DNA from: Torpedo marmorata
Taxonomy: Eukaryota
NCBI GenBank assembly: GCA_977017645.1
Contig: OZ360226.1
Span: 37,758,001 to 37,822,000, forward strand
DNA: 64,000 nucleotides
Direction of reading: 5' to 3'
Shown here: piece by piece, positions 45,215 through 59,290 of the stretch
Layout: every line of letters begins with the position of its first letter
How positions within the stretch are numbered: the stretch's first letter is position 1
Position numbers and translations under genes: made by a program
The notes under the pieces: model-generated
Seen by the model: only the letters and a program-made list of their open reading frames with translations
The model's database searches: none
What the model was told of the DNA's origin: nothing

Positions 45215-48200
45215 TTGATAATCAAAAAACATGTGGAAAAGGTTGAACAATCTCCTGTGTTAGACCCATACACTAATCAGACACCTAAAGGCACTGATTT
45301 GTTACTATCCCGACAGGAGCTAATAGCAAGGCAAAAGGAGGATCCTGATTTTGCTGAGGTGAGGGATAAGGTTCTCTCTGAAGAGGAGATTAAGAAAGTG
45401 CCAGTGGATTATTATGAAAAAGATGGGGTGTTGATGAGAAAGAGGAGACCATGTGATGTTCCTGCCAGTGAAGAATGGACAGTAGTGCAGCAGGTTGTGA
45501 TCCCTAAAGTATATATGGATGAAATAATAACTTTGGCTCATAGCACAACCTTAGGTGGTCACCGTGGTGTGAAGAAAACTATACGGAAGATAATGAAACA
45601 ATTTTATTGGCCCAGTTTGAGAAGGGAGATTGTAAGCTTTTGCCGGGCCTGTCATGCTTGTCAGGAAGTGGGTAAACCTAATCAGGGTCCCCCGGTGGCA
45701 CCCTTTCAACCTATCCCTGCTTTCAGTGATCCTTTCTCGAGAGTGATTGTGGGCTGTGTTGGCCCACTTTCCCAAAACCAAAGCAGGGAGTGAGTATTTG
45801 TTAACAATTATGTGTGCAGCCACCAGATTTCCAGAGGCCATTCCTCTGAGAAACATTAAAGCAAAGGCAATTGTAAAGGCTATGGTAAAGTTTTTCACCT
45901 TGGTAGGTTAGCCAAGGGAAATTCAATCAGATCAGGGTAGTAATTTCATGTCAGGCGTATTCCAACAAGTGGTTGATAGACTGGGAGGTAAACAGATTGT
46001 ATCCTCTGCGTACCATCCAAAAAGTCAATTGGCCTTGGAGAGGTTTCATTCGACTTTGAAAAACATGATTAGAACTTATTGTTGTGAGAAGGAAAAGGAT
46101 TGGGATGAGGGGGTTCATTTTTTTTTTTTTTTTTTTAAATTATTTTATTTAAATTTTAAATCACACAATACACAAATCAAAATATATAGTTTCCAAAATA
46201 CAAGTGATATAAATTTCCTTCCCCCAAACCCTCCCATCCCACCCTAACCCCCCCCCCCACCCCACTATTCTAAAAATAGTTAAAAAAAAAGAATGAAAAA
46301 GAAAAATAGATTAATAGATTAATAGTGAGGAGAGAACCATCTAAAAACTTATTCTATCCTGGAGGTTAAACTCGCCGATAGACCTGATTTCTAGAGATTT
46401 CAAAACCTTAAACCCATAATTCTCATATATGGGCTCCAAATTTTTAAAAAAGAATGATATTTATTACGTAAGTTGTAAGTAATCGTTTCCAAAGGAATAC
46501 ACGAACGAAGTTCTGCATGCCACCTATCTAAACTTAAATCTAAATCTGATTTCCAAGTAATAGCAATACATTTTTTTGAGACAGCTAAAGCAATTCGCAA
46601 AAATTCTACCTGATACATATTCAATCTATTCCTAATACTAAATTTTCTAATATCTCCAAATAGAAATAACATAGGGTCCGTTGGAAACATAACATTAAAA
46701 ACTCTATCTAAAAAATTCTTAACTTTCAACCAAAAATCCTGAATCTTTGGACATAGCCATGTAGAATGAACAAAAGAACCTACTTCATTCTTACATCTAA
46801 AACACAAATCCGACAATGTCGGATTAAATATCTTTAATATTTTTGGTGTTAAATATAGTTGATGAAAAAAATTATATTGTACTAATCTATATCTAACATT
46901 AATAACTTTAGTCATACTTAACTTACATAAATCTTTCCAATGATTTTCAGCTATATTAACATTTAAATCTAATTCCCATTTTAATCTTGATTTATGTAAT
47001 CCTACTTTAGGCATTTTTCTCTGAAATAATTTATACATTTGAGAAATAAACTTATTAACATTTGCTTTAGTTATTAATAATTCTAACTCATTATGTCTTG
47101 GAGCAATCAAATCTTCTACTAATTTCTCAATCAAAAAAGTTTTAACTTGATAATCTAACCATGTATTATCCAATACATTAAATTTTTCCTTCAATCTTTG
47201 AAACGTAACAAATCTTCCAGCCTCAAAACAATCTTTAAAATTCTTAATTCCTTTTTGAAACCATGCTTTCAATAATTGATTATCCATAGTAAATAATAAA
47301 AGTGGATTTTGATATAATGGCATATTTAAAGAAATTAACCCTTTCCCACCTATTTCCAACAAATGTTTAATAATCGGTGAATTTTTCTTTTTTACTAATA
47401 GCAGTTTAGAATTCCACTTATAAATAATATCCTCTTTATAATTATCTCCTATATTATTTAATTCTATATTGACCCAAGCAGAAGTTTTATTTAAATCAAA
47501 AAAATTGTTAACAAATTTTAATTGAGCTGCTTTATAATAATATTGAAAATTAGGAAGTTGCAATCCTCCCATCTCATAATTCCATGCTAACTTATCCATA
47601 CTTACTCTTGCTAACTTCCCTTTCCATAAAAATTTCCTAACAATAATCTTTAAATCTTAAAAAAATTTCTTTGGAATTCCAAAAGGAATTGATTGAAAAA
47701 GATATTGAATTCTTGGAAAAATATTCATCTTAATACAATTTACTCTCCCCATTAAAGTTATAGGCAAATCTTTCCAATTTTCCAAATCTTTCTTTATTTT
47801 CTTAAATAAAGGTATATAATTTAATTTATATAAATTTTCTAATTTTGTATCTACTTTAACTCCCAAATATTTAATTCCTTCTTTTGCCCACTTAAATTCC
47901 GTAACTGCTCTACGCCGAGTGTAATCACCTTGAGATAAAGCCATTATTTCACTTTTATCTGAATTAATTTTATACCCAGATATTTCACCATATTCTGTTA
48001 TTATGATAGCTAATTGTTGAAGTGATGTAATAGATTTCATCATATATATTAATACATCATCTGCAAACAAACTAATCTTATGTTCTTCCATACCAACTTT
48101 AATCCCTACTATATTAGGATCTATCCTAATCAATTCAGCTAAAGGTTCTATTGCCAAAACAAATAAAGCTGGTGATAGAGGACATCCCTGTCTTGTAGAA

Positions 48201-49216
48201 CGAGTTAAAGAAAATTTTGATGATACTTGTCCATTTGTAATTACTTTAGCTGTATGTTCCTTATATATAGTTTTAATCCAATTTATAAAAATATTCCCAA
48301 AACCAAATTTCTCTAACACCTTAAATAAAAAATTCCATTCTAATCTATCAAAAGCCTTTTCTGCATCCAACGTTACCACCAATGGTAAATCCAGTTTCTT
48401 TTTATGTAAACTAATTAAACTTAATAATCTAGCTATATTATCTTTTGAATATCTATTTTTAATAAAACCAGCTTGATCTGGATGTATCAAATTTGGTAAA
48501 TATTTAGCTATTCTATTAGCCAAATTTTTTGCCATAATTTTATAATCTACATTCAATAAAGAAATAGGTCTATATGACTCAGTTTTTAATACATCTCTAT
48601 CTTTCTTTGGTATAACTGTAATAATAGCATTCAGAAAAGTTCTTGGTAATAAATGGGTTTCCGTAATTTGATTCAATACCTCCATATATGGAGGTATTAA
48701 TAAATCTTTAAATTCCTTATAAAATTCTACTGGAAATCCATCATCACCAGGAGATTTACCACTTTTCAACGTCGATAAAACTTCATTAACTTCTCTCATC
48801 GTAAAAGGCAAATCCAAAGAATTTTTAATGAGGGGGTTCATTTGTTGTTATTTGCAGCAAGGGAGTCTGTCCAAGAATCATTTGGTTTTAGTCCATTCGA
48901 GTTAGTTTTTGGACATGAGGTGATAGGTCCTTTAAGGTTATTAAAAGAACAGTGGATTAATAGTGATGTGCATTTAAATCTGTTGGATTATGTTTCCAAA
49001 TTTAAGGATCGGTTGCATAAAGCTTGTGACATGGCAAAGGAGACTTTAAATGCCACTCAACAGAGAATGAAGGTTTGGTATGATCGAACGGCCAAGATGA
49101 GAACTTTTAAACCTGGTGAGAACGTATTAGTTCTGTTTCCCACACATTCAAATCCTCTTAGTGCAAGATTTTCAGGACCCTATGGAGTTAAGTCAAAAAT
49201 TAATGAGGACAGATGA
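45215..49216 (+). pseudogene. Gypsy integrase of element 2, split by L1
   Basis: AHSTTLGGHRG..CHACQ, IQSDQGSNF, SAYHP..LERFH, SPFELVFG, GPY motif (RFSGPY). Confidence 0.88.
46121..48827 (-). mobile_element. L1 family B, 5'-truncated
   Basis: poly(T) at ~46121; TSD ATGAGGGGGTTCATTT (46105-46120, 48828-48843); ORFs 47657-48841 and 46400-47599 nearly identical in protein to 23870-26309. Confidence 0.95.
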
Positions 49217-49234
49217 GACACACAGGTCTGTCAT

Positions 49235-50013
49235 GTGAATATGATTAAGCCATATTTTGAACAGGTACCGCACAAAGAGTCTGAACATTTACCAGAGGTG
49301 CTGGTTATCGACCAGGGTAAGGAGGAGACAGATAAAACCAGTTTCAGAGAGGGTCATGGGACTGTTAATTATCTGGGTTATGTAGTAGAGGCCAAGTTTG
49401 TGACTATTTCTGAGTTCCCTGTTCCAACTGGTCAGAAAACTCTGAAGAAGTTCCTGGGAATGATTGGCTACTACTGCAAGTACTGTAAAAATTTTGGAGA
49501 TCTTGCACTCCCTCTCACAAATTTGCTTAGAAACGGAGAAAAGTTTGTATGGTCGACAGGTTGTCAGGAAGCATTTGTCAAATTGGAAGCCATTTTATGC
49601 CACCAACCTGTGCTTAAGTCACCTGATTTAGAAAAGCCATTTTCTTTAGCCGTGGATGCCAGCGATGAAGCTGTGGGTGTGTTGCTGTTACAGAGGAAGA
49701 ACGAAGAAGACATTGACCAACCGGTATCCTACTTCTCGAAGAAGTTCAATGATCATCAAAGGAATTATTCAACTATAGAAAAAGAGTTGTTAGCTCTTTT
49801 GTTGGCTCTACAACACTTTGATGTGTATATCTGTACAGCTCATAAACCACTCATAGTGTATACTGACCATAATCCATTGGTTTTTCTTTGTAAATAAAAA
49901 ATAAGAATCGACGTTTGTTAAATTTGAGTCTAATTTTGCAAGAATATGATTTAATTATAACACATATAAAAGGGAAAGATAATGTAATCGCTGATTGTCT
50001 TTCCAGATGCTAA
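49235..50013 (+). pseudogene. RT C-terminal end and RNase H of element 2 (RT catalytic core deleted)
   Basis: FLGMIGYY, LAVDASD, YSTIEKELLA, VYTDHNPL; no YxDD region between IN and RH. Confidence 0.85.
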
Positions 50014-50146
50014 ACTTTATAAATAAAAATAGTTCATATTTTTGTGTTTGTGGATTAACATTGTGGGTTTTGTTTATATTATGACACCTCAATTAATTTC
50101 CAAAATTTTGTTCTTGCAGACCAAAATTTTCTTTGTGGGTCGGAGG

Positions 50147-50839
50147 TGTTATGGACCATGATTGATCATTTGGACTGCAGATGGTCAGCAGGAAGGATGA
50201 CCTCTTTTGAGTACACACTGGGACCAGGGAGTGAAAGAGTTAACTTGCCCAGGGCTGGCTGTGCTCAGAGAGAGACACACATATAGAGAGAGACAGGCTG
50301 TGGAAAGATGCTTTGTTGCACTTTTGCAAAAGCAGGTGCAAACCTCTGCAAAAAGCATTCAGTTTGGAGTTGCAAATGGCTGTAGCAACAACACCAAATC
50401 CAGGCTTGTGCATTCCAGTAGAAAGACTGGGGAAAATAGCACATGGCCTCTTATATCAGCAAAATCCTGAGATAAAGCAACTTTCGTGGAGAACAGGCAT
50501 GAGATCAGCGAGACAGGGTGTGAGATCCAAGTACACGCCTCAATCAGTGTATACTGATTTGGAACAGCAACCCTCGTGCACCTCCCAAAAGGGAAAGCCA
50601 TTGGAAGGAAAGCAGGCCAAGCATTCGTAAGCTTAAACTGTCATTGTCTCTCTCTCCAACATTCATTAAGAAGTCCTTCGTGCTAGCACACAGAGCTGAG
50701 TTTGGATCCTGAACATTGAGAGTGATTTTTGTGGACTGTATTTTTGGGACTGACTTATTTCTATGACTGTCCTGGGGTTTTGGGGAAGGTTTTCTATTTT
50801 TTTTCTTGAGGGTTGGGCACAGACTGTAATGGTCAGGGC

Positions 50840-50883
<44 letters not shown>

Positions 50884-51031
50884 ATCTTTAGATAAGAATA
50901 GTGTTTATAGACGTTTATAGTAGGGTTGATTGTTGTAAAATTATATGCTTAATTGTCATTAATAAATATAAATTTAAATTTTGCCCCTTTTGCATTGCGT
51001 CTTCTGTCATTACTGGTTTGAATTTGTAACA
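50147..51031 (+). repeat. 3' LTR of element 2, with (CA)n at 50842-50881
   Basis: tgttatgg...tgtaaca; preceded by PPT-like gggtcggagg. Confidence 0.92.
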
Positions 51032-52639
51032 ATGCATATACCAGATAATGTTTTAAGTAAGGATTTTTGATGCACGTCAACTAATCTAGCAGCCAAGGTA
51101 CACATCTGAACCTATGCAAGGACAAAAGTTTCATTATTAATAAAATATTTTTGATTACTTAAAAAAAAATGAAAATGTGAAGCCTGACAAAGTTATTCCT
51201 CAATCAGTGACTGAGGATGAACAGGGAAATCAACGCTATTGAAGGACAGATTGGAGCATTCAAGTCAGGAGACCTAGCCTTCTGTATGAAAGGGCTAACA
51301 TCCCCTTTATCCTCAGCACTGACAACTGAGGCTGGTAGATGTTGTGTGCAAGGTATGAAAGCGATGCTTCAGCTTTTTTAATTGCCATATAATTGGTATG
51401 ATCCCTGTGCAATGTGCTCTGAAAACCCTCAATGAAGGATGTAGGTTTTCCCTCAAAGCCAGCAGAGAGTGGAGGAAAAATACAAAGCATGAACTTGTGA
51501 TCTCTCTCAGGACACAGCAGATGCCATGCCAAGATAAATCATGATTAGAATTGTTCAAAAGTTTCCCAATGATTACTAACTAGTTCAGAAACAATTGTTG
51601 GTGATATTGAGCATTCCCAAAATGACCCATGTGTTACATCATGGATAACAATAAATGCCTCCAAATTTTTAGCCAGTGTTTTAAAGTGCACATGTAATAA
51701 CATAACAACTGCATAGTTATCAACATCAGGAAATTCAGTGACAAGAACTGCCTGTCTTCGAATTATAAACACCTTTGATATTTTGAAGTATAACATTTGT
51801 GTGTATTCCAGACATGTACTAAAAACTAGACTTATACCACTGAAATGTATGACATTAGAGGTCTGAAGGATAGACTTCAGAAAGAAAACAAATGTCATGT
51901 TATTTTATGACTGACCTTGGATAACAGGTTGATTCATTAAAATAAAGGTCAGCCAGCATCTCAATGAAAATCAATTTTTGAACCATTATTTTTTTTAATG
52001 AAGAACTCCCAATTACCATCTGATTTGTAGTCTCTGAAAGGAAATCCTTCTAAAAGTAAACATAAAAATATGTAATTAAGTAATTCTTACAAAACATCAT
52101 TCAACTGAATGCTAAATATACTTGTATAATGTATAAAATCTGAAGCTGCAGCTTATTTGAGGGAATTTATGTGAGAGAATCAAGGTGTAGGTCATGAAAA
52201 TGGCAAGTAAAATAGGATTAGACCTTGCATTATATCTACAATACAGGAGCAGCAACAGTTCCAAAACTCAGACTGATTGAATTCAACAAAGCAAGTTTTG
52301 GAAGTTGAGTACAACAAGGAGACATGAGACGAAGAATGGATTCCTTTGCTCAGCCACTTATGCAGGCCAACTTATTAAATGCTTATTACGAATTGTGTAG
52401 AGCAAGTGTTTTGCATCACTGGGGAAGACAGTACATACACTGAACATTGGCAAAGGTTTGGCTTGTGAGCTGATTCGATGCTAAAATAGCAACTCTTTCA
52501 CTTAATCAGGGAAGTGTTGTGGAAGGATACCTGTGGTTTAAATTTCATTCCTCTGAGGAGGAAGAATTCTGGATGTAAAAGTCCTGAATGGATGGATCGT
52601 TGGATTTTTAGCATGAAAAAGAATCACAATTTCATGAAA

Positions 52640-53070
52640 ACAGTGAGAAACTGGAGGGACTCAGCAGGTCAGGCAGCACTCATGGAGAGAAATCGTAGGT
52701 TAATGTTTCTTTTTTAATTTTAAATATACATCACGGCAACAGGCTCTTCTGCCCCACGAGCCTGTGCCACCCAAATACCCCAATTAACTTACAATCCTCA
52801 TACGTTTTGAAGGGTGGGAGGAAACCCATGCAGACACAGGGAGAATGTACAAACTCCTTACAGACAGCGCCGGTTTTAAACCCGCGTTCTGCTAACCCCT
52901 GCACTAACTGTGCCGCCCTTTGGGGTTGGGACACTATCGAGACTCAATGAAGGGTTTCAACCCAAAACGTTGAAGGACCATTTCTATCCATTGCTACCTG
53001 CCTGACCTGCAGAGTTCCTCCAGCATCTCATTGTTTGCTCAAAAATCAGGCATCTGCAGTTTTTATGTTT
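52640..53070. repeat. Palindromic Penelope pLTR-derived element interrupted by a SINE
   Basis: ctggagggactcagcaggtcaggcag vs ctgcctgacctgcagagttcctccag; hammerhead-like caatgaagggtttcaacccaaaacgttg at ~52946. Confidence 0.65.
52712..52918 (-). mobile_element. HE1-like SINE
   Basis: Same family as 18180-18446. Confidence 0.8.
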
Positions 53071-53749
53071 CTCACCAGAAGATAGGAGCAGGAGTAGACC
53101 ATCTGACCTCTCAAGCTTGCCCCTCCATTCAATATGATCCTGGCCAATCTGTGCTGGCCTCAAATCCTCCTCTGTGGCACATTACCATCATCTTTCAAAG
53201 ATTTACCTACCATCTACAGTATATAGCTATTAATCTCACCTCCACAAATGTCTAGGTATTAAGACAATGGGATCAGCACAGTAAAAAAAGAGTTGAGCTT
53301 AGTTTTATTACATAATGGAGGCAGAAACAAGGCGGTGGAGCCACTGTCTCAGTCGCAAAGACTCGTGCAATCTTGATCTCCAGTGCTCTCTGTGTGGAGT
53401 TTGTACACTTATATGTTTCCTCCAGGTGCTTCAATATTCTCCCACATCCCAAGAGAATCAATGAGACCAGTTCCATCAGCTGGTATCATTTCAATGGCCA
53501 ACAGTTACAACAATCTTGTCAGGTTAGAACAGCCAAATGTTGCAGCTGCCAAGACAAAGTTTACATTTCAACAATCTACATATCCAAGATCAAGACGAGC
53601 AACAAAAGCAATTTCAGTGGCAATTTGAAAGAACAGCAGAAGTGAGGAATCCATTGTTTGCTGTTCCTTTCAAGCAATGGATTGGTTTAAACAGTCTCTG
53701 TGCCATTTTCAGTAAAAACAGCAAACAGACAGATTTCCCTACGGATCAT

Positions 53750-54065
53750 CACGTAATTAATACCATGAACATCGATTTTTGTCCCCAATTTTAGGTAAGC
53801 CCCCATTTCTGTCCAGTTCCACAGTTTCCATTACTTCTTTACCAATACACATTTTTATTTTTCTCTCTAACCTTCCCCTCTCCCCCTCTCCCACCTTCCA
53901 TCCAATACCCAATCACCTCTTAGCCCTTCCCCAGTTTCTTTGCCCACCATTTTTTTATTAATATACATGATATCACCTGCCCCTATTTTAATTTTGATAA
54001 AAAGTCCTAACCCAAAATGCTGACTATATTTATATCCATGGATGCTCTCTGACCCACTGAACAAA
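53750..54065 (+). repeat. Old Penelope 3' end
   Basis: atgaacatcgatttt (MNIDF), pyrimidine tract and degenerate pLTR tail. Confidence 0.55.
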
Positions 54066-55479
54066 CTATGAAAACTGGCCAATTTAATAAGAAAAGATTG
54101 ACTTAGCAACCTCAGTTTAGATTGGAGGTATTTTTGCATTGAGATGCTTAAAAGTTTGATCTTTTCCTGTATCAAAAAGCTATGAATGTATGTCTGGAGA
54201 AATCTAAATTGGTAAAACAGGCTACAATGCATATATTCTCATCTGATTCAAAGCTTTCCCATCATACACCCAAATCAGTCCACTATCCTTTAAATCATCT
54301 TTGAGGAAGGACTGGATAGACCAAAACAAAATGGTGTTTTTGAACAAACCAGGCAGGTTGAATGGTTGTGTCTGAGGTGGATAAAAGGCTGTCTGGAGAT
54401 TATGAAGCCACTATAAATCAAGCTGAAGGCAATGGACATTACCTGCTGGACCTCAGAGCAGATTTAGTAGGATCAGCAAGAGGATCTTTTCCCTGTCGGC
54501 ACAATTAACCTTCAATAAGGATAATCAGCAGTGCAAACCATCAACACACTCAGAGGGCTTTGATCGTGCACTAGGCTAAGTTAAGTAGTTAAGATATGGC
54601 TCAAGAATACCTAGTCCACCATGAATAATATCTTGCAAAGAGAGGATGATTGTGTCACCAAGTTGAACTTTTAATTTCTGTAGGCCCAGAAGAGGGAAGT
54701 CTTCATGTTTTGAAGAAAAGAGATTCTGTAAGTATACTGTAATGTGTTTTTTGCAATAAGAAATTGAGTACCCTGGTTTGAAAGTTAATGTAAAAATCCT
54801 TTCACCATCTTCAGGAAAGAGAGATCAGCACCTGGACAGAAAATCTAGCAAAGCTAGGCTCTCTCCTGTGGACAACAGAAATACATACAATTTCTTCCAG
54901 AACTTGCACTAACGCATAAATAATTGCATTGGGTGTTGGAATAGGGTGTGGAACAAGGAGCAACAAAGCGTAAATGATAAATGTGGGTAAAAGACAAAAG
55001 ATTTAAAGGTGAAACTCTCCTTGTTTATTCTGATGTCACTAAGTTGAACAGATATGTGAACGTTTGGGGTACTGGAGTAATGAGCCATGTGAGTCTCAAG
55101 GGCACGAGAAAGTGATTGTTTTCACTTCTCACATCTCCTCCTCTATGAGTAAAATAATTCACAGATCAAGAAAGGAGAACTTGCATGGAATTGGACAGAT
55201 CCTTTACTAATAACAGATCATAATGGATTACTAGTGATGTCAGGTCCTAAATAAGCAAGGATGCAAAGATAGATCACCTTTCTATTGCAGTATGACTACA
55301 CGAGTACAACATTTCAAAGCAACAAACCATGGTTTGTGGGGACTGTGTGAGAACTTGGATATGAGAGGTGAAAATGTGATCTATGTTAAATATATTTACT
55401 GCCCATGTCTGAAAATGCAGAAAAGAGTGAGTGTTGAAATGTTTCTATGAAGAAACTTGAAAGAATGGAGAATACATGA

Positions 55480-55690
55480 CCAGTGTACAAACTAAGACCT
55501 GAAAGTTCTTTGAAAATATAAAGAGAACATTGGACAGAGGAGAATGTTGTGTACTTGGATTTCCAGGAGATGTTCGAAAAGGGGTTGCATATAAGAATTA
55601 TCCATAAGATAAGAATACATGGAATTGGGGATAATGTGCATTGATAGAAGATTGGTTAACCAATTGAAGGCAGAGTGTTGGGATAAATGG
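55480..55690 (+). repeat. Old CR1 RT fragment
   Basis: gtgtacttggatttccagg (VYLDFQ), cagagtgttgggataaatggg. Confidence 0.55.
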
Positions 55691-55692
55691 GT

Positions 55693-56500
55693 AGAATCAG
55701 AATTTATTGTGATGAACAAGTCACAAAATTCATTGTTTTGTGGCAGCATCACAGTGCAAACATTCATATAAACTACTTTACAAAAAATAAATAAAAATAG
55801 TGCACGAAAAGTCAAAGTAAGGCAATGTCTTTGGTTCATTGATCATTCAGGAATCTAATGGCAGCGGGGAAGAGGCTGTCCTTGTGCCGCTGAGTGCTTG
55901 ACTTAAGGCTCCTGTACCTTTTTCCCGATGGTAGCAGAGTGAAGAGGGCATCGCCTGGGTGGTGGGGGTCCTTGAGGATAGAGGTTTCTTTCTTAAGACA
56001 CCGCCTCTTGTAAATGTCCTTGATTGAGTGAAGTTTGGTGCCTGTGATGTCGTAGGCTGAGTTATCAACCCTCTGGAGTTTTTTCTTGTCCTGAGCATTG
56101 GCACCTCCGTACCAGACAGTGATGCAAGCAGCCAGAATGCTCTCCATGGTACACCTGTAGAAGTTTTTGGGAATCTTCGATGACATACCGAATCTCCTCA
56201 AACACCTCACAAAATATAGCCGCTGGCGAGCCTTCTTCGTGATTGCATCGATATGGCAGCTCCAGGACAGATCCTCTGAGATGTTGACACCCAGGAATTA
56301 GAACTCCACTACCAAGCCCTCGATGAGGACTGGATTGTGTTCTCCTGACTTCCTCCTGAAGTCCACAATCCTTGGTTTTGCTAACATTGAGTGCAAGGTT
56401 GTTGGTGTGACAACACTCAATGAACTTATCTATCTCCCTCCTGGTACACTTCCTCATTGCCATTTGTGATTCTGCCGACAACCGTGGTGTCATTGGCAAA
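55693..56500 (-). mobile_element. Rex1/Babar-type LINE 3' fragment
   Basis: NNLALNVSKTK, NFYRC..ESIL..CITVWYG, SLFPAAIRFLN; (attctg)n tail. Confidence 0.85.
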
Positions 56501-58470
56501 TACCCAGGTGACCGGTGCCGTAGCAGGATAGCTGGACACCACCACGCGCCCTGATTTGAGGCCAGTGGTTCTGCCCCTCATGGCACCGGCTAATGGGAGC
56601 TATCTCCCAGGTGAAGTGGAGATTCCAGATGAAAATGGAATCAACAAGGGACACAAGACAGCTGTGGCAGGGCCTAAATGCCATAACCTACTACAAAACC
56701 AAATCCGGTGAAGTTGCGGACAGCAAAGCTTTGCTCCCAGAGGAATTCAATGCCTTCTACGCCCGATTTGATGACCATAACAACGAAGAACCACCCCTCC
56801 GCATCCCCACGACCCCTGCTGATCCCATCCTGTCCAAATCTGAGGATGACATGCTTGCTGCCTTCAGGAGAATGAATCCGAGGAAAGCATCTGGCACGGT
56901 TGGAGTACCAGGCCAAGTATTAAAAATCTGTGCTGACCAACTTACCAATGTATTCACGGATATCTTCAATATCTCAATCCAGCAGGGCATGGTACCCACC
57001 TGTTTCAAACAGGCGTCAATCATACCGGTGCCCAAGAAGAGTGCAGTAACCTGCCTTAATGACTATCAACCAGTAGCACTTGCATCAACAGTGATAAAGT
57101 GTTTTGAAAGGCTGGTGATGAAGCATATCAGCTCCTGTCTGAGCGGTGACATGGATACATTCCAGTTCGCCTATCATAGCAACAGGTCTACAGTGGATGC
57201 CATCTCACTGGCTCTACACAAAGCCCTGGAACACCTGGGCAGTAAAGATGCATTCATCAGGATGCTCTTTATCAACTACAGTTCGGCATTTAACACCATC
57301 ATCCCCTCAAAACGGATCAGCAAACTCCAAGTACTGGGACTCAACAACTCACTGCGTAATTGAATCATGAATTTCCTCACCTCCAGAACACAATCAGTGA
57401 GGATTGGTAAGAACATCTCCTCCACAATCTCCATCAGTACCGGAGCACCACAGGGCTGTGTTCTTAGCCCCCTGCTCTACTCACTTTACACTTACGACTG
57501 TTTAGCTCGGTACGACAATAACACCATCTACAAATTTGTCGACAATATCATGGTAGTGGGTTGTATAAAGAAGGGTGATGAGTCATCATACAGGATGGAG
57601 ATTGAAAACTTGGCTGAATGGTGCACCAACAACAACCTTGCACTCAATGTCACCAAAACTAAGGAGCTGATTATTGACTTCAGAAAGGGAAAGCCAGAGG
57701 TATACAATCCAGGGGTCATTGGGGGATCAAAGGAGGAGAGGATGAACAAATTTAAGTTCTTGGGAGTCACTATCTCGGAGGACCTTTCCTGAACCCAACA
57801 CACTAATGGCATCGTGAAGAAAGCACCTCAGCGCCTCTACTTCCTCAGGAGTTTGTGGAGGTTTGGTATGATACCAGAAACCCTGGCAAACTTCTACAGA
57901 TGTGTGGTGAAAAGTGTGCTGACCGGCTGCATCACGGTCTGGTATGGGGACACCAATACCCCTGAGCGTAAAGCCCTCCAAAAGGTAGTGGACAACAGCC
58001 CAGGACATCACAGGCAAAACCCTCCCCACTATCGAGAACATCTACAGGGAACACTGCTGTCGGAGACCAGCAGCAATCATCAGGGATCCACACCACCCAG
58101 CACACACTCTGTTCTCACTGCTGCCATCAGGAAAGAGGTATAGGTGCCACAAGACTCACACTATCAGGTTCAGGAACAGCTGCTACCCCTCCACCATCAG
58201 ACTCCTCAACAACAAACTCAATCAGGGACTCATTTAAGGACTCTTACCTGTGCAATTTATTGTTTTTTTTATTCTCTCTGTATTGCACAGTTTGTTTACA
58301 TTTGTTATCTGTTTACAGTTTTTTTATTTGTTTACATGTATACGTTGTGTAGTTTTTTTGCACTACCATTACGTGGTAATTCTGCCTCAACTACAGGAAA
58401 AAGAAACTCAGGGTTGTATGTGATATCATTTATGTACTCTGACAATAAATCTGGAATCTGAATTTGAATC
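56501..58470 (+). mobile_element. Rex1/Babar-type LINE, 5'-truncated, degenerate RT
   Basis: CFKQASIIPVPKK, DYQPVAL, SSAFNTI, GAPQGCVLSPLLYSLYT; tail aataaatctggaatctgaat. Confidence 0.9.
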
Positions 58471-58667
58471 ATAACTGAATGTACTAAAGATAGTTGAAGT
58501 CTATGTTTACCTGTGAATTCCCTGATGGCTTCATTTCCAACAATAGACCTCAGTTTTAATCTGCTCTGTTCACAAACGTCATGAAGTGGAATGCAACTAA
58601 GCTTATTGTTTCTTTATACATTCTGGGTTTGAGTGGAATAGCTTAATGCTCTCTGGAAGCTTTCAAA

Positions 58668-59290
58668 GGTTCAAGATGTCTTTTATTGTCACATAATAAT
58701 ACATAAAAATGTAATATACATGATGTACTTCAACGTTTGTCTGCTGTAAGGCAAACAAAATGTCGCCATGTGCATTGCCCAGTGCCCCAAACAATAAGAG
58801 AAAGAGAAGCCAAAGAGGGTCCCTTCAGAGGCACCGAGTGTCTATGAATTCTCCTCCAGTGCTCCCGTAGCCTCTGCAGCCACACAGACTCCTGTTCAAA
58901 TCATTGCCAGCCTGAGATCTAGGTCCAAACCTTCGATACGATCAGGGAGCCCTTTCTTGCCCTTTGCATCCTTCAAATCCCGGTTCCAATACCTAGTTCC
59001 CATGAGTCAGTCTCCAGCAGCCCGCAGCCTGTGTGAATCCTTCGACTGCAAGTTTCCAGCAGCCTGTGTGAGTCTTTCAGACGCTGATCTGCTGGTCTGC
59101 TGCCATGGTCACCTTCCTGTTGGGTCATCTGCCATGCTTCTCCTTCTCAACAGGGGATGTTCTCCCTGTTTCTGGTGCCCTGCGCTGGTCCACTGCTCTC
59201 CCGGAATCTGCATCCCTCGTGGTACACTGCCCAGCACAGGCCCCACCATCTTGGGCACAGACTTCTGTGGTTGCAGGATCTTAAAATAAA
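58668..59290 (-). repeat. Probable non-autonomous LINE-tail-bearing repeat
   Basis: Begins ggttcaagatgtcttttattgtc (LINE-like 3' end on -); body GC-richer than flanks with no recognisable ORF. Confidence 0.4.

Larger units (their letters stand above)
40658..51031 (+). mobile_element. Gmr1-like Ty3/gypsy LTR retrotransposon 2, degenerate, with nested solo LTRs and L1
   Basis: 5' LTR 40658-42516 (interrupted), 3' LTR 50147-51031; TSD AAGC/ATGC; tRNA-Pro-like PBS agggggctcgtcccagat at ~42520; gag-PR-IN-(RT deleted)-RH. Confidence 0.9.

Noticed and set aside
55693-58470. Head-to-head LINE pieces suggesting one twin-primed 5' inversion
   Set aside because: Each half has its own 3' tail and they cover overlapping RT regions with different sequences, so they are two independent insertions
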